A stretch of 64,000 nucleotides of DNA from Geosiphon pyriformis uo1 (taxonomy: Eukaryota; Fungi; Glomeromycota). The stretch covers positions 9,605-73,604 of the forward strand of contig JAAOMT010000681.1 of assembly GCA_016748015.1 (NCBI GenBank), in the 5' to 3' direction. The notes below the pieces were generated by a model that made no database searches, was not told the DNA's origin, and was given only the letters and a program-made list of their open reading frames with translations. Positions 11,950 to 26,534 of this stretch are shown in pieces (position 1 is the stretch's first letter; every line of letters starts with the position of its first letter). The translations under genes and the position numbers were made by a program.

Positions 11950-14900
11950 TATTATAAACAAATTAATCATTAAATATTGTTTTATAATAATTTTGCAAAA
12001 TATAAAATATGTTGTTTAATATTTTGTTAATTATAAATAGTTTTTTTATTAACTTAAAAGTTTGTTATTAAAAATTAAGTTATTAATACTTAAAAAAATG
12101 TTTTATATGGTTTTTTTTAAGTTTTTTTTAAAATATTTTTATATTTTTATAAACAACTATTTATATTTTATTAAAAAATTTAATATTATTTTAAATTTTT
12201 ATTGTAAAAAGTTTTTATAAGTTAGTTTTATTGTTTTTTTAAAGAATACTGTTTTAATATTAGTTTTAATTAATAAATTACTATATATTTATAAAATAAG
12301 TTGAAAAATTTATAATTAGTTATATTGTAATTTATTATTTTATAAATAAAAAAAGTTAAAAATAAAACTTTGTTTTATAGATTTATCTTTTACTGGTTTT
12401 TGCTAAATTTTTGCAAAGTATTTAATTAAAATATTATTTTATTTTATTAATTTGTAAATAATAATAATAAATTTATAATAAATTCCAAGTTTTTTAATAA
12501 TTTTTTATTAAAAAGTTAAGAAAGTTTTTTTTATCTAAAAGTAATTTTTAAAAGCATTTATGTTTTATATAATTTTTTTATAAATAAAATTAATAAATAA
12601 AATAATAATTTAATTTAAAATTACTTTGGTTTTTATTTATTTTATTAAATAATTAGTTGTTATTATAATATATTTTTATTAAAAGTTATTAGTAAAGATT
12701 TAATAATTTTAAATTAATTTTGTTTAAAAGTTAACTAATTAATTTTTTTTAATTAAATTTGCTTTTTTATTAACAAATATTACATATATTTATTTATTTT
12801 ATTATATTTTTTTCTAATATTAACTAATAATATTTTGTTAATACTTTAAATAGTTTTTAGTTTTTTAAAATGTTTTGTTAATAAGTTAATATATTATTAT
12901 TAAAAGTTTTTTTACTTTTTTTTAAATATTGCTAATACTGTTTTGTTATTAATTCTATTATTAATAAAAGTTAATAAAATTTCAATAAACTAATTTTTTT
13001 TTCAAAATATTTTTTTATATTTTGAATTATATATACTGTTAGATTTATCATAAAATAGCCAATTTTATATCAACTATTTTATATAGTTATTTTGTAATAA
13101 AATTTAACTTTTTTACAAGAAAATTTTATTTATAAGCTTTTTAATTAATATATAATTACTTTGTTATAAAAATTAACTCTTTTACAAAAAATTTTAATAA
13201 AAAATAAAAAAACTAAAAAAAACTAAAAAAAAGAAATAAAAAATGTTTAAAAAATTTGTTTTAGATTTAGATCTAAAAATTATTAATAGTTATTGAAATT
13301 AATTAATTAGTTTTTTTAATATAATAAGTTTTAATAAATTAAATAAAAATTTGATTATTTTTGTAAATGTTTTTTTTGTTGTTAATTATATTCTAAAAAA
13401 TATTGTTTTTTATTTAAAAATTTAATAAATATTAAATAATTATTTAAGTTTATTATTATTGTTAATTTTAAAGTATTTTAATAATTAATTTAATTGGTAT
13501 TGTTAATTTTTTTATTTTACTAAATAATTAATTAAACAAAACATTTGTATTTTGATTTTTTATTTTTTTGTAATATTTAATATTATAAATAAATTTATTT
13601 AAATATATAATCTAACAGAAAAGTTTTTTGTAATCTAGTTTTTTTTTGTTTTTTAATTAAACTAAAAATTAATAATTAATATAGATATTGAATTTTTTTA
13701 AAAAAATATTTGTTTTAGTAATTAATAAATTATAATATTATTAAACATGTTTTTTTAATAATTATGTAATTTTTTTCTGTTTATTACAAAATTTTGTTAT
13801 TATAAACTAAAACATATTTTTATTTTTTTTATTTTTGTGTAAAAATACAACATTAAAAAAAACATTAAAAGTATTAATATAAAAAATAAATAACTTGTTA
13901 AAGTTAGATTGCTTTAATAGTCAGTTTTTTTAAAAATTTTAAATGTTTTTATTAAAAAATATTCAAATAGTAATTAATATTTTTTTGTAAAAACTAATTG
14001 AAAAAATATGTAATTTTAGAAAAAATTTTAATAAACTTTTGATAATAAAAAACTAATTCAAAAAATATTATAATTTAAAAACATTTATTAATTGTCTAAG
14101 TTTTTGTATTTTTTTAATTTTGAGTTCTACATTTCTAAGAAGTTTAAAAACTTTTTAAAAATATTTTAAATGTTTATTTTAAATTTTTAAATATATAATT
14201 ATATTATTAAAATAAACTTTTAATGTTTTAATTTAAATATTTTGTTTATTAATTTATAAAATATAGATAGAATATTAATTAATTCAAAAAACATAATAGT
14301 AAATTTCTAAGTTTTTATTTTATAATAAATATAATTTTTTTCTGTTAACAGAATTTATTTTTACTTATTAAAATTCAGTAGTTAAATTTATTATTATAAA
14401 ATAAGCTAAGCTTTTAAATTGATCAAAAATATTGTTAATTTCTAAATATAAGTATATATTTTATTTAATAATAATATTTAATTATTAATAATTTATATAA
14501 AATTATAGAGTTTATCTTTTTTTTAGATATTATTATGACAAAAAATGCTTATTTACTCTTAGTTTTTTGTATAAATCTAAGTTTTTTTATCTGATTTAAT
14601 TTTTTCTTAATGAATTTAATATTTTGTTAATTTAATTAATAAAATTTTAGATAAATAAATTGAATATTTTTGGTTTTTATTACATGTTAAATTAAATATA
14701 TTTGATTAAAACATTCTTTTTTTTTCAATATTACTAATTCATTTTGAGTTAACAAATTTTTAATTTCAATTTTTCGATTATTTTTATTAAGTTTTTTGTT
14801 TAATAATTAAAAATTAAATTTTAGATACTTTTTTTTCAAATATTTTTTGTATAATTTTAATTTTTTTATTAAAAATTAGATTAATTAATTCTTAATTTTT

Positions 14901-15100
14901 AAAAAATAATAATTATAATTTATATTTTTTACTTAAAGAATAAAAAAAATAATTGTATTAGTATTAAATATATAAATTATATTATTAATAATTGTATTTT
15001 ACTTTTTTCTCAAATTATTTAAATATTTTTCTAAGTATATTATAGTATAATTAATAAATAAGTTTTCTATTGACTATTAAATTATTATTATTTGTTTATA
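11950..15100 (-). mobile_element. Heavily decayed Ty3/gypsy pol (RT-RNase H-integrase, possible protease upstream)
   Basis: Minus-strand motifs in gypsy order: *AFFVIIISKK (WASPVVIVPKK), FYINY**LN (FCVDYRQLN), INLTTEF**V (MDLATGFWQV), IMFFEL (VMPFGL), VYFNNII (VYLDDII, ~14200-14220), FIFYINTF (FILHTDAS, ~13870-13890), ICNIC (HHCC), TTNYLIK*IKTK (ATDYLTKWVEAK), YYLQINKIK*YFN*ILCKNLAK (YHPQTNGMVERFNQTLCESLAK, ~12400-12470). Confidence 0.85.
12895..13330 (-). mobile_element. Half LTR (3' side) of the 62-kb gypsy family inserted in the integrase zinc-finger region of the older gypsy
   Basis: Aligns with 62040-~62480 in the same orientation. Begins TATTATTAAAAG, corresponding to TGTTACCGGAGG, exactly at the LTR terminus. 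Includes the internal duplicated unit seen at 62216-62350. Confidence 0.7.
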
Positions 15101-17683
15101 TATTATTTAAAAGTTTTTTATTATTACTAAAAGTAATAAACACTAATTTAATTTTTTTTTAGAATTTTCAAAATTATCAGAATTATTATTATTGTTACTT
15201 TGTTGTTATTATTATTAAATTACTGTAAAAATATTGTTTAATATTGATATTTAATTATAATTAATTTGGTTTTATTATAAATTATAAGTTTACAAAGTTT
15301 ATAATCAAGAAAAGTTTTTGTTTTCTTTAACTATTTATTTTTAACAATTATCTTAATATTTAGTCTAAAGTTGTTAAAAATTTAAATTTTTATCTGTTTT
15401 AAACATTTTTTACTTGACAAATATATTACACAAAATTTATTTAAAAAAGTTATATCTTTTAAAATTTAGTATAAAATTTGATGTATTTTGGCATTATTTT
15501 ATTAAATAAAAAATAATTTGGCTGTAATAATACAATTAGTAAGATTTGCTTTAAGAAAAAAATTTAAGTATATTGAAATTTATAATGCAATTTCACCAAA
15601 TATAAGTTCTGAAAATAGATAAAGTCTAAGAACAACTCATTTTGCTGTTTCTTCTATGAATTTTTGTTTTTTAAGTCAAAGTATTTTAAATAAAAAATTG
15701 TTTATTTAATTTTATCATTATAGGTTTTAAGAATAAATTAATTCTTGTCAAAATAATAAAGAAACTAAATTTAAATGAGATTAATTATTTACAAAAAAAA
15801 GCAAATTTAACAAGATAGAAATATATTAAAAAAGATTTATAAAGCTATAAAAAATACTATCATTTTTTTTTAATTAATATAATATTTAATAAAGACAAAT
15901 TAATTAGTTAAAATAGACTTTTTATAAATTAATCATAATTCAAAATCTTTATTAACTTTAAAAAATACATGTTTAATTAAGTTTTTAATATATTAATTTT
16001 CTTAAAAACCTCAAATTTTAAGTAATATGGTTTAATAAATATCTTAAAAACTAATAAATTTAGTTATGTATTGGGTTTGCTAACAAATACACTTTTTTTT
16101 TAGCATTTATTAAATCAATAGGCTATAATTTTTCTAATAGTTCTATTAATAATTTAACTTAAATATCTCATTGTAACAATTAGCCAAAGTTTTTTTAAGA
16201 ATTCAATAGAAACAATCAAAAAATTTTTTCATTATATTATAATTAAAAAATCATCAAATTAAAAATTTAACTAATTTAAATTGAGTTCATGATCTAATAT
16301 TCAGTTTTTTTATGTTCTTTATAATTAAACTTTTATAATATCCGACTTTATAATTTGCTTTAACTTAATAAACCATTTTTATTCAAAAAATACTTATGTT
16401 ATAACTAAAACTAATTACTAAAAATATAAAATATACTAAATATTATTACTATTTTTAAATATTCATTCAAATTAAATTAAAAAAATCAATTAATCAATTA
16501 ATTAAACAGTCGCTGTTTTAATTTTCTATCTATTTTTATCTATTTTATTAACTGTATTTGATTAATTATAGATTAAATATTTAATTATATAACTTTTTCA
16601 ACTAATTTAATAATACTAAATAATAATAAATTTCACAATAATTATTTTCAGTAATTGTGAATTTTCTATTTAAGTCTCTTAAAAGTATATAAAAATTATT
16701 TCCTGAGTATTTTGAAATTTTGTTTGAAAATTCAATAACTTACTTTTTTAATTAAATCATTTTTAATATTTTTAAATTATTTATATTAGCAATATTTAAA
16801 ATATTTAAAAAATAATTTAAAAAAATATTTACTTTATTTTTTATTTTAATTATAATAATTTTATAAATCATATATTGTTAAAATTTATGTTTTAAATGCT
16901 GTTCTGTTTTAATTATATATTCATAGACTATTTTATTTTTTAATATTTTATTTACTTTAACAAAAATCAAATATAATATTGATAATATGCAACTTTTGTC
17001 TATTTGGAGATGTTATTATTATTATTTTAATGGAATTTTATTTAATATAACTGTTATTTGGTAATCATAAAAATCCGAAATATTTTATTACTAACAAGTA
17101 CTTAATCAAAGACAAATTTATGATATCAAGTTTTAAATTTATATTTATTCATCAATTATTGGGTCTAAATAAAAATAGTGCTGTGACTATGAAAAAAAAA
17201 AATTTTATGCTATTATTACTATAATTATAATAATAATAATAATAATAATAACTTTAAATTTTATGAAAAATTGTTTATTTGATCATTATTATTTCTCTAA
17301 CTTTGTTTTTTATTTTTATTAATGAGCTGATAGTATATATGGTAATCATTGAAATAATCAAAATATGTTAACTTTGAAAATTTAATTTTAAAGATATTTT
17401 AGAATTTTGATAAATTTGGTAAGACTTTTTAAAAAAATTTTAAACCTAACAAAACAATAAAATATTTACTGAATTTTCAACACATATTTATTCAAAAGCA
17501 GTCTATACAAGTGGTCTTCTAAAAATTCAACTAATTAATTTTTCAAAAAATTCGTTTATTTAATATATATTTTTATTCAATAATTAATTATTGTTTTAAC
17601 CTTATAATTTACAATTTATCAAAAAATTTTATATTCCCATTAAGATAAAAAGTTAAAGAATTTAAAGAAAATTATCAAATATA

Positions 17684-17985
17684 CAGTGTGTAACTAAAAA
17701 GAATTAACTTTGCAAATCCACAATTACAAGTAATTATATAATTAATATATTATTAGAAAGGCCAAAAGCCAATGATTTTATTTAATGTAAAATTTAAAAT
17801 CCAATTCTTTCGCCTTTATTTTCAATAATCAACTTACTAAATTGATTAGCGTGGTTTATGGCAAAAAATTCCATTCTTTAACAATATTTTGCATCATCTA
17901 TTTTTTTGCTTTATGTTTAATAATAGCCCATAAATTTTTAATAAGATTTGGATCTGGACTACATGACAGCCTGTCAAACATTATT
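17684..17985 (-). mobile_element. Tc1-type transposon remnant (transposase C-terminus plus one terminal repeat)
   Basis: Minus strand DRLSCSPDPNLIKNLWAIIK (Tc1 WPxxSPDLNPIENLW) ...EWN...LINLVS...IIENKGERIGF* (stop 17794). TA|CAGTG terminus at 17682-17688. Confidence 0.75.
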
Positions 17986-20900
17986 ATTATTTTTATTTTA
18001 ATTTTAGAATAATTATTGATTCTATTAAATTTTTAAATTTTAAAGCAGTATAAAATTTTTTTGTCTTAATTATAAAAAAAACTTCAAAATTTTGAACCAT
18101 TTGGTAAATATTCATATTTAAACTTGCAAAATACAACTTAAAATATATTCTATCTTTTATTAATTCAGATTTACTTCGTGATTATTATTCTGCTTAATTA
18201 ATATCATTTACAATTTAGTGAAATTAATATACTTTAAAAGATTAATTTGATGTATAAATAATTAGGCTCTTAAAGTATATTTTAAAAGATTTAATAAACT
18301 TAAATTTTTACTAAATAGTATTATTAGATTTAAAATATCAAAAAATTTTTTGAAAATACTATTTCTACAATTCATTAACTTTAAGATATAATAAAAGATT
18401 AAAATTTGCCAAGAATAGATATCTTTGGTTATTTTATTTCTATTACTAATTGATTTAAAGGGATTTGAAAAAAGTATTAATATAGTCATAGTGCAGAAAA
18501 ATGGAATAATTATACCAGCACAGTTTTCTTAAATGATTATGAAGATATAAAAGCAGCTCATGTTTATTCTCTTAGTTCAATAATCTTTTAATGAATATAA
18601 CAAATTATTTTCATGAAATAGTACATTAATTAAAAAGTTTGTATTAAATAACTTTTAAAATTAAACAGATAAAATATATAATGATAACATATAATATTTT
18701 ATATAGATTTAGTAATATAGAAAGTCAGACTGAGTCAATCAAAAATATCTAAGAAAATAAAAAATATCTTAGGATAATAAATTTTATTATAATAATGGTA
18801 TTAAAGTAGAGTGACTATATTTAATTCTCTATAAACTAGTATAGAACTAGCTTGAAAAATTAAACATTATTAAAAAAAGCACTTAGTTTATACAATTTTA
18901 TATTAATTTGTGTTTTAATTTATCAAAAATTGTTATATTTCGATTGTTAAAATTCAAAAATTTTAATAATTTTATACAAAATAAGATTTGAAAACAAATA
19001 ATTAAATTATTAAATACTTTATTTGAACAAAATTGATTATAAATTTCAATATTAAAAAAAAATCAATTACCAAAATACCAATACAATCTTAAAATTAACT
19101 ATTAATAAAAGTATAACTATAAAAATAAATTAATTAATTATCAATAACTTAGACAAACTATTATGTATTTATAAATCTTAAAAAAAATTTATTAAATTGT
19201 ATTCAGAAAAAATTTTAAAAAAAAAATCAAAATTTATTTAATTTCTAAAAGTGTTTCCAAAAATTATAAATTGTAAAAAACAATTATCTATAATATACAT
19301 ACATACTTTATAAATAAATGTTTGAAAAACTCAAACTCCAAAAATATTGGCTGATTAATACTAAATAATATTAACAAAATATATCAAGTTTTGTGATGTT
19401 TTTTAAAAAAAACTCAATTGTAAAGAATTTTTGTATATAATATCTATTGGTTAATTTTTTGATTATTTTTAAATCTTTAACAGTAATTTTTTTAATATAA
19501 AATCTTTATTTAATAAACTAAAAGAAATTTAAACCGGGAACAAAATTGAAAATAGATTTTATTCTTAATAAAAAAGTTATATATATGATAATTAATAAAT
19601 TATGCAAAAATAGGAAATAATAACTGTTAATTATTAAAGAATAAAATTTATTAATAGAGAAAAAATAAATAAAAATCCATTAGTAATTTATAATATAATT
19701 AATAAAGCCTTTAGGATATTGCAATCTATATAAAGATAAAAAAAAGTATAATAATAACTAAGTAAATAAATAAATATTAATAATATAATTAAAAAAGCAA
19801 TTACAAAATAATAATAAAAATAAAAATAATGGTAAATAAAAGATTTATTATCTAATTATTTTCAAGAACGCAATTAAAAGTTGCAAATAATAACAATAAG
19901 TTGTTTTTTTGTTAATATTATGGGTAGAAATTTTCTATAAAACTATTTGTTTGTGAACAAAAAAAAGAGAGTTTATAACAAATAAAATTTTTTAATTAAT
20001 TATCTTTTTAATTAATCATATTTCAATTAATTGTATTATAAATTAATCATTTCTTCAATTAATTATCTTTTTAAAATTAATTTTTAAATAAAAAATTATT
20101 GTATTTACTTTATTAATATATATTTTTATTATTATTATTATTATAATGCTCTAAGTTATTTTTTGTATTATATTGATTTTGTTTTTAGTAAATCTTTTAC
20201 TGCATAACACTATAAAATAAATCTTGATATTCACAATCAATTGTAATACAATTAAATATAAAATTCTTTTTATCTGTTTTATAAAAAAAATTACAAATTT
20301 ACTAATAAAGCAATATTTAATAGTATTTTAAAATAAAAACAGAAAAACAATATAAAAAACTTTATAATGCTAACTTAACATTATTTTTAATTTATTAGTA
20401 GACACAAAAATAATAATTTTTTTTAAAAATAAAACAAATTCAAAACAATCAGTCAAAACAATTCCTTTAAATATTAATAACCAAATTTTAAATATTGTTT
20501 CAATTTATTATAAATTATTATGAAAGAATCGAAGATTACTTTTTCCAGTTTTAAAATCAAAAATTATGTTTTAAAAATTTATTTAGTCAATATATTGCTA
20601 TTACAATTTAAATTTACAAAAGTATTAATGCAAAGCATTTTTATGCTGCATATTTTTCATTTTTTCAATTTTTTTGATATTCAAAATGTTCTTGAATGAA
20701 TTAGTTTTATTTCTATTAATAAATTTAATATTATTCTTAATAGATACTTAAATTTAATGCCCTTGAATTGTTTTAATAAAACATTAATTACTCAAGAATC
20801 TAGTATGACAAACAAATTTTATTTAATTCACAATTTAATAATCATTTTATTAATTTAAAACTTGAGTTAAAAAGCATTTTTCATATTAATAATTAATAAT

Positions 20901-22139
20901 ATCATACGTTTAATTGATGAAAATTATAAAATGATTTGTTTAAAAAATAATTATATAATATTATAAGATTGCATTTAAAAATTGCAACATGTTGGTTATT
21001 ATAAAACACATAAAGCTGTAGGTGATAATTTTATTATATATTAATATTTTTTTAAGATTATTACTCAATATAATTGGACATCTGAAGCTTTATTAAAAAA
21101 GTTTAATACTACATATAATACTTTCACTCATATAAATATTATGTCATAACACGAAATCAAAATATGGATCAGTTTTTATAATATAGTATCAATTCAAAAT
21201 ATCAACATTAAATATTATTTATGAAAAATTTAACAACTGTCAGGATGGGAAGGAAAAGCCTAATCACTTTAATTTGATTTTTATGTTTACTATTTATGTA
21301 AACTAATTACTTTTTTGTGACTTTTTATTTATTTAAAGATACTTTGTTTCTCTATTACAAATGAACATATTTATAAATATTTTGTAAAATAATGTTTTAG
21401 ATGTAAAATTCATTTATATTTCTATCTAATCTTGAGTAGATATTTATAAAATTGATCAATAAATTAGTAAACTTCTTATTTGCAACATAACATAAATTCT
21501 AATAAAATTAATAATATTATTAATTTATATATATAAGACTAGTTAGTTTGATAATCTTGGTTGTATTAACTGTTGCACTGGAAGCACTTAAAGACATCAT
21601 AGTTCGATTTACAAAATTAAAATACATTAGGCAAATGAAAAAAAAGATGGGTAAACAAAATAAGTGGCAACAGAAATAAATAAGACTTATATTTATATTA
21701 TTGCTTTCATGCTTTGCAAATAAAGTTTTTGACAATCAGCTTTTTAAATGAATATATTACTTCATTAAACTATTTGCCATAAAAGATTACATTCTGTTTA
21801 ATGATAAAAATTTATTAGATTACACAAATAAACAAAAAAATAGAAATAAATATATTAGAATATTTTTTGACAAATTATGAGTTCATGTCTAATACAAACA
21901 AAGAATTACTGAAGAAAAATTTAAGAACTATAAAAAAAGATGCTAAATCAAAAAACTTCTTTTAAATCTATCTTTTAAATTAGTTTATTCTAATGAATCG
22001 AAAACTGCAAAATTTTTGAACTCATTTTAAAAAATATCTTCAATTTATTATTCAATAAAAAATCAAATTTATAATGAATTTAATCAACAAAATAAGAAAT
22101 CAATTTAACATATATTTTTGTTTCTTAATTTTTATCTCC

Positions 22140-23990
22140 TTTAGCTTAGTATTTGGAGTGAATTCTAATCACCAATGGTAAGTTTTCATAAATTTCTTTA
22201 TATTAAAAACAGGATAAATAATAAATTTGATTTCAAAATTTAAAGAGGACATTCAATGGTACTTATAAGTAACATGTAAGAAATAAAAATTTATGTGTAT
22301 AATTTTTTAGAGTTAATAGAAAAGATCAAAAAAGATAAGAATTAAAAATAGGAATTTTAATATTCTTTTTTATAATTAGGTTATATATGTATAGAGAAAA
22401 CAAAATTACAACAAATAGAATCATATTAGAATATGCAACAATGAAACTCTGAGCACTTAATATGTTAATACTTTTTTCAGTAGATTCACCATTCTGAGAA
22501 AAGCTTAAAGAATTTAAATATACCTAGTGGAGTAAATCACATTCAGCTAGCATAAATAGTATCAAATTTAAAAAAATATTTATTTTTGGTGGTCATACAA
22601 CTTAATATCTGCCACCTGCGAATTCAATATATATATTTGATCCAATATGTAAAACTTGAGAGATTCCAAATTCTTTACCTATATGTAGCTTTGAACACTT
22701 AGCAGTAACTAGTTTTAATGAATCAAAAATTTATTTTTTTGGTGGAGGGGTTAATGAAAAAAATAACACAATTTTGCTAAACAATTTGGTGATTTATAAT
22801 TCTATATTAATAGATATATAAATTTTACAAAAAAAAATTTTTCAGTGTCAATAATAAGACATACTGCCACTTTATTAAGTGATAAAAAAATATATGTTCT
22901 TGGTAGAGCCTTTGCTAAAAACGTTTATAATTTCTCCAGTATGTTTGATATATATGTATATAATATATTTACCAAAAAATGGGATCAAAAGGTTTTTTAT
23001 CTGCTTAAAAAAACTTATTTATTAATTCGATTTTTAAAGAGGTCAAGCTAATCCATGAAAATTAATTATGTTTTTAAGATTACAGTAGGGGATGTATCAG
23101 TAGCACGAAGACTATATACAGCTGTTAGTAGTAAGTAAAGAGTATTTATTATGAAAACTTCCAAACTTACCAAAATTCAGAAGCTTTTATTGTTGTTAAT
23201 CTTTTTTTCAAAATCTAATTAGCTTCGAATAATATTATCATCATTTTTGGAGGAATGAAAACAAATACAATGTGGGCTCTAAACAATTTAATTATTTTAG
23301 ATACTACTAAAACACTAATTGTTTGGAAAATACAAAACACAACTAGAAAATCTCCATCTGTAAGAATTCAGCATACAATAATCATAGTTGGAACAAATAT
23401 CATTGTGGCTTTTGGTTAGTTATATTTATTTTACTTGAAATATTATTAAACACATTAAATATTTATTTATTTTGATTATAATTTTTGAATGTGTTAGATA
23501 TTAGTGTGAATATTTAATTTAGAGGCATTTCTGAATTTAAAATTCTTTTAAATATTAAATTTTAAATTTTAAAATATAAAAACCATCTATCCAATATTAG
23601 CAATTTTGGGTTTTAGACCTAATAAATTTTAATTAAACAACAAAATATAAATCTAATGTATTGGAACTTACAAAATATCTTCTGAAATATCAAAACTCAT
23701 TTGAAATCAAATCTAGCACAGAATCATCTTCATCTTCATCTTTATTCTCATCTTTATTCTTATTTTCAACAACAATCAATATGTCATTAATTATAACTAT
23801 TATTATAATATGCAGTGTTTTAATTCTTTTGGTTTTTGCAATATTAATGCTTAGATATTTCAGAAAACCAAAAAGCCAGAAACCAAATGAAGGTAATTTT
23901 ACTTTATCATCTTTAAGTTTTAATAGTAATTACCATAATCAATCATGTCAATCACCAGTTTTTATGTATTCAAATCTCTTAAAAGCATAG
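22140..23990 (+). pseudogene. Kelch/galactose-oxidase-repeat single-pass membrane protein pseudogene (multi-exon)
   Basis: Repeated H-x-A...(I/Y)xxGG blades: RGHSMVLI, KIFIFGGH, KIYFFGGG, RHTATLLSDKKIYVLG, IIIFGGM, RIQHTIIIVGTNIIVAFG. Followed by a Ser-rich linker, then TM IITIIIICSVLILLVFAILM + RYFRK. GT..AG introns. Several in-frame stops. Confidence 0.8.
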
Positions 23991-26495
23991 TAAAATAAAA
24001 ATACCATATGCTTTTTCTAAATAAATATTGTGGTTTATTAAGCTTCCTTAGTTATTCTGATATGGCTATTATCAATAAGTACAAAAAAGGCTTTTTTTTG
24101 GTCAAAATTCAACTAATAATGATACTTGATATTTTTGGCTAGATTTTTTGCTAACAAGTTCTAAACAGCTAAATTAAACAAGTCAATTAAAAAAAAAAGA
24201 TGAAATACCTAAATCTTCCAATAATATGCTATTATTGTTAGAATTCTAAATTATAAAACATTTAAAAATTTAAAGTAATATTAGAAATATCATAAAACTA
24301 GTCAGAAAAATATTTGCTTTTTATTTTAGGCTTGACAGCTTTCTTGCATGATTGCTTTTCTGATTCTTCTAGACTACTAAAGTGAATTCTTTGCTTTGAA
24401 CATTTTGTTTGAGATAATTCAGCCATTTTTTTTTCTAATTTACTATTAAGCAACCATAGTATAATTTAGTTATAGAATTTACACATGAACTTTGAATTTA
24501 TATAAAATTAAGATTATTTTTGGCAAAAGTTACAGCCTGTTTTTATTTAAAAAAAAAGTTTTTAATAGTTAAAATACTACTAGCTAATTTTTTATATTCA
24601 ATTGATTTTTTTAGCAAGTCAACCAATAATTTTGGCTCAGGTTTAAGATATTATTTAAACTAAGAAAATATTAATTAACAAAATATTTTTTATTAAAAAT
24701 AACAAATCAACTTTTGATTTTAACTTCTAACAAATTTTACTACAAGATTTTTTTCATTAATTTGGAACTGAAAAACAAAATAGCAAGAAAAACAAAACAT
24801 TATTCCTTGTTTATAGAAAAATTTTAACCAATAAATGTTACAATTTGATTTTGTATGGCATTGCAAACAGTTTCAAGTTAAAATATTATTGCCAAAATTT
24901 TAAGTGCTTTTGAAAAATAGAATGATTTTTATTATTAAGTTAAAAGCAGACATTTAGCTAATAACTTACTTATTTCAAAGCAAAAGAATATCTTATACAG
25001 TCTTTAAAAAAATCAAGTTACTAGCAAACAAATATTTAATTTGGGTCATTCAAAATGCTAGATTTTTTGCATTAAATTGATAAAACTTGATCTAGTATCT
25101 TATATATAAATCTTAATATTATATTTAATGTTAATATTATAATATATAAATTACTTGAAAAAATAATACTTTTTTAAAATAACAAATATATTGAATAGAT
25201 TATGACAACCAAAATTTAAGCCAAAAACCGAAATTTTCAAAAAGCATTATAACTATAAATTGTGTATATTTCTGATACATATTATATAAATTAAAACTAA
25301 ATTGAAAGCAAAAAAAATATAAAGGAATTTTTTATAACTAATTTATAATCTAAAATAAAATAAAATATTTTTTATCTCATATGGTGAATATTTTAAATGT
25401 ATATGACATCAAAACCAAAGCTGAAAATAATTTTGAACCCATTATTTTATGATTATATAATTATTTAAATTAAAAAACTTATTCCTAGTTTTTTTTAACA
25501 AATTTCAAATTAATCAAAAATTAGCCTAATTTCAAATTTTAAATTCAAACATGCTTTCTATCAAGCATAAAATTACTGTTTATTATCTTTAGAACTTAAT
25601 ATACAATAGTGAAATCAAAAAGTTGATGAGATCTTAAATATTATGCTAAAATTTGAAAAGTGATTTAGTTAAAATCTTTAATTATCTAAGAACCTATTAT
25701 TTACTTAATATTAAAAATATAGTGGAAATAATTTTGAGAGCTAAAATTTTTATAAAAAAATACATTATATATAACTGAGAAATTAATTACTATTTTACTT
25801 ATTGTCTGTGCACATTTTTTAGCTTTGTAATTGAATGTACATAAATTATTGAATTGATTTCAGTTAATTAAACTTAATTCAACATTTTAGAAACTTATAA
25901 ATAATATTAATTATAGTGTTTAAATACTTTTAATTATAAATGAAATAAATTTTGCTAATATAATAATACTTTTACTTAATATATTTTTAATTAAATTTAA
26001 AATTAATTAAACATATTCGTAATTTTTTATAAAAATTTTATCTATATTTATTGTTTTATATAAATTAATAAAATAATTATGGTATTAAAATTTTACAACA
26101 TAATTGATTTTGAATTAAATAAAAAAATTTCCAAAATATAAATTTTAAAACTTGTATTAAAATATATCTAAGAATATGGATTTTTCTAATCAAAATAATT
26201 TCTAATTAAGTTCATTAATATTTTTTATTGCTTATTTAAAAAATATAAACTCAAAATTTGGAATTCAAATATTTAGTATCTTGAATGTAAATATGCTTTA
26301 CACATTAAAAATTAGCTTTAAAAACAAACAAAATTTAAAACTGTTTACATTTAAAAAAAAATTTTAATTTGAATATTACAATTTAGAATTTTAAACTTTA
26401 AAATATTATTTTTTGAAAGTGTGTTTATTAATTAAAACAGATATTTTCTTTAATATAATTAATGTTTTTTAGTTGTTATTGTTCTTGTTGTTTTG

Positions 26496-26534
<39 letters not shown>
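26496..26534. repeat. (ATT)13 microsatellite
   Basis: Perfect trinucleotide run. Shorter AAT/ATT runs also occur near 17227-17250 and 45451-45473. Confidence 0.9.

Noticed and set aside
1334-21735. Short I/K/N/F-rich ORFs (1334-1534, 6616-6819, 11315-11524, 18262-18489, 21520-21735)
   Set aside because: Composition is that expected from AT-saturated DNA; no recognisable motifs.
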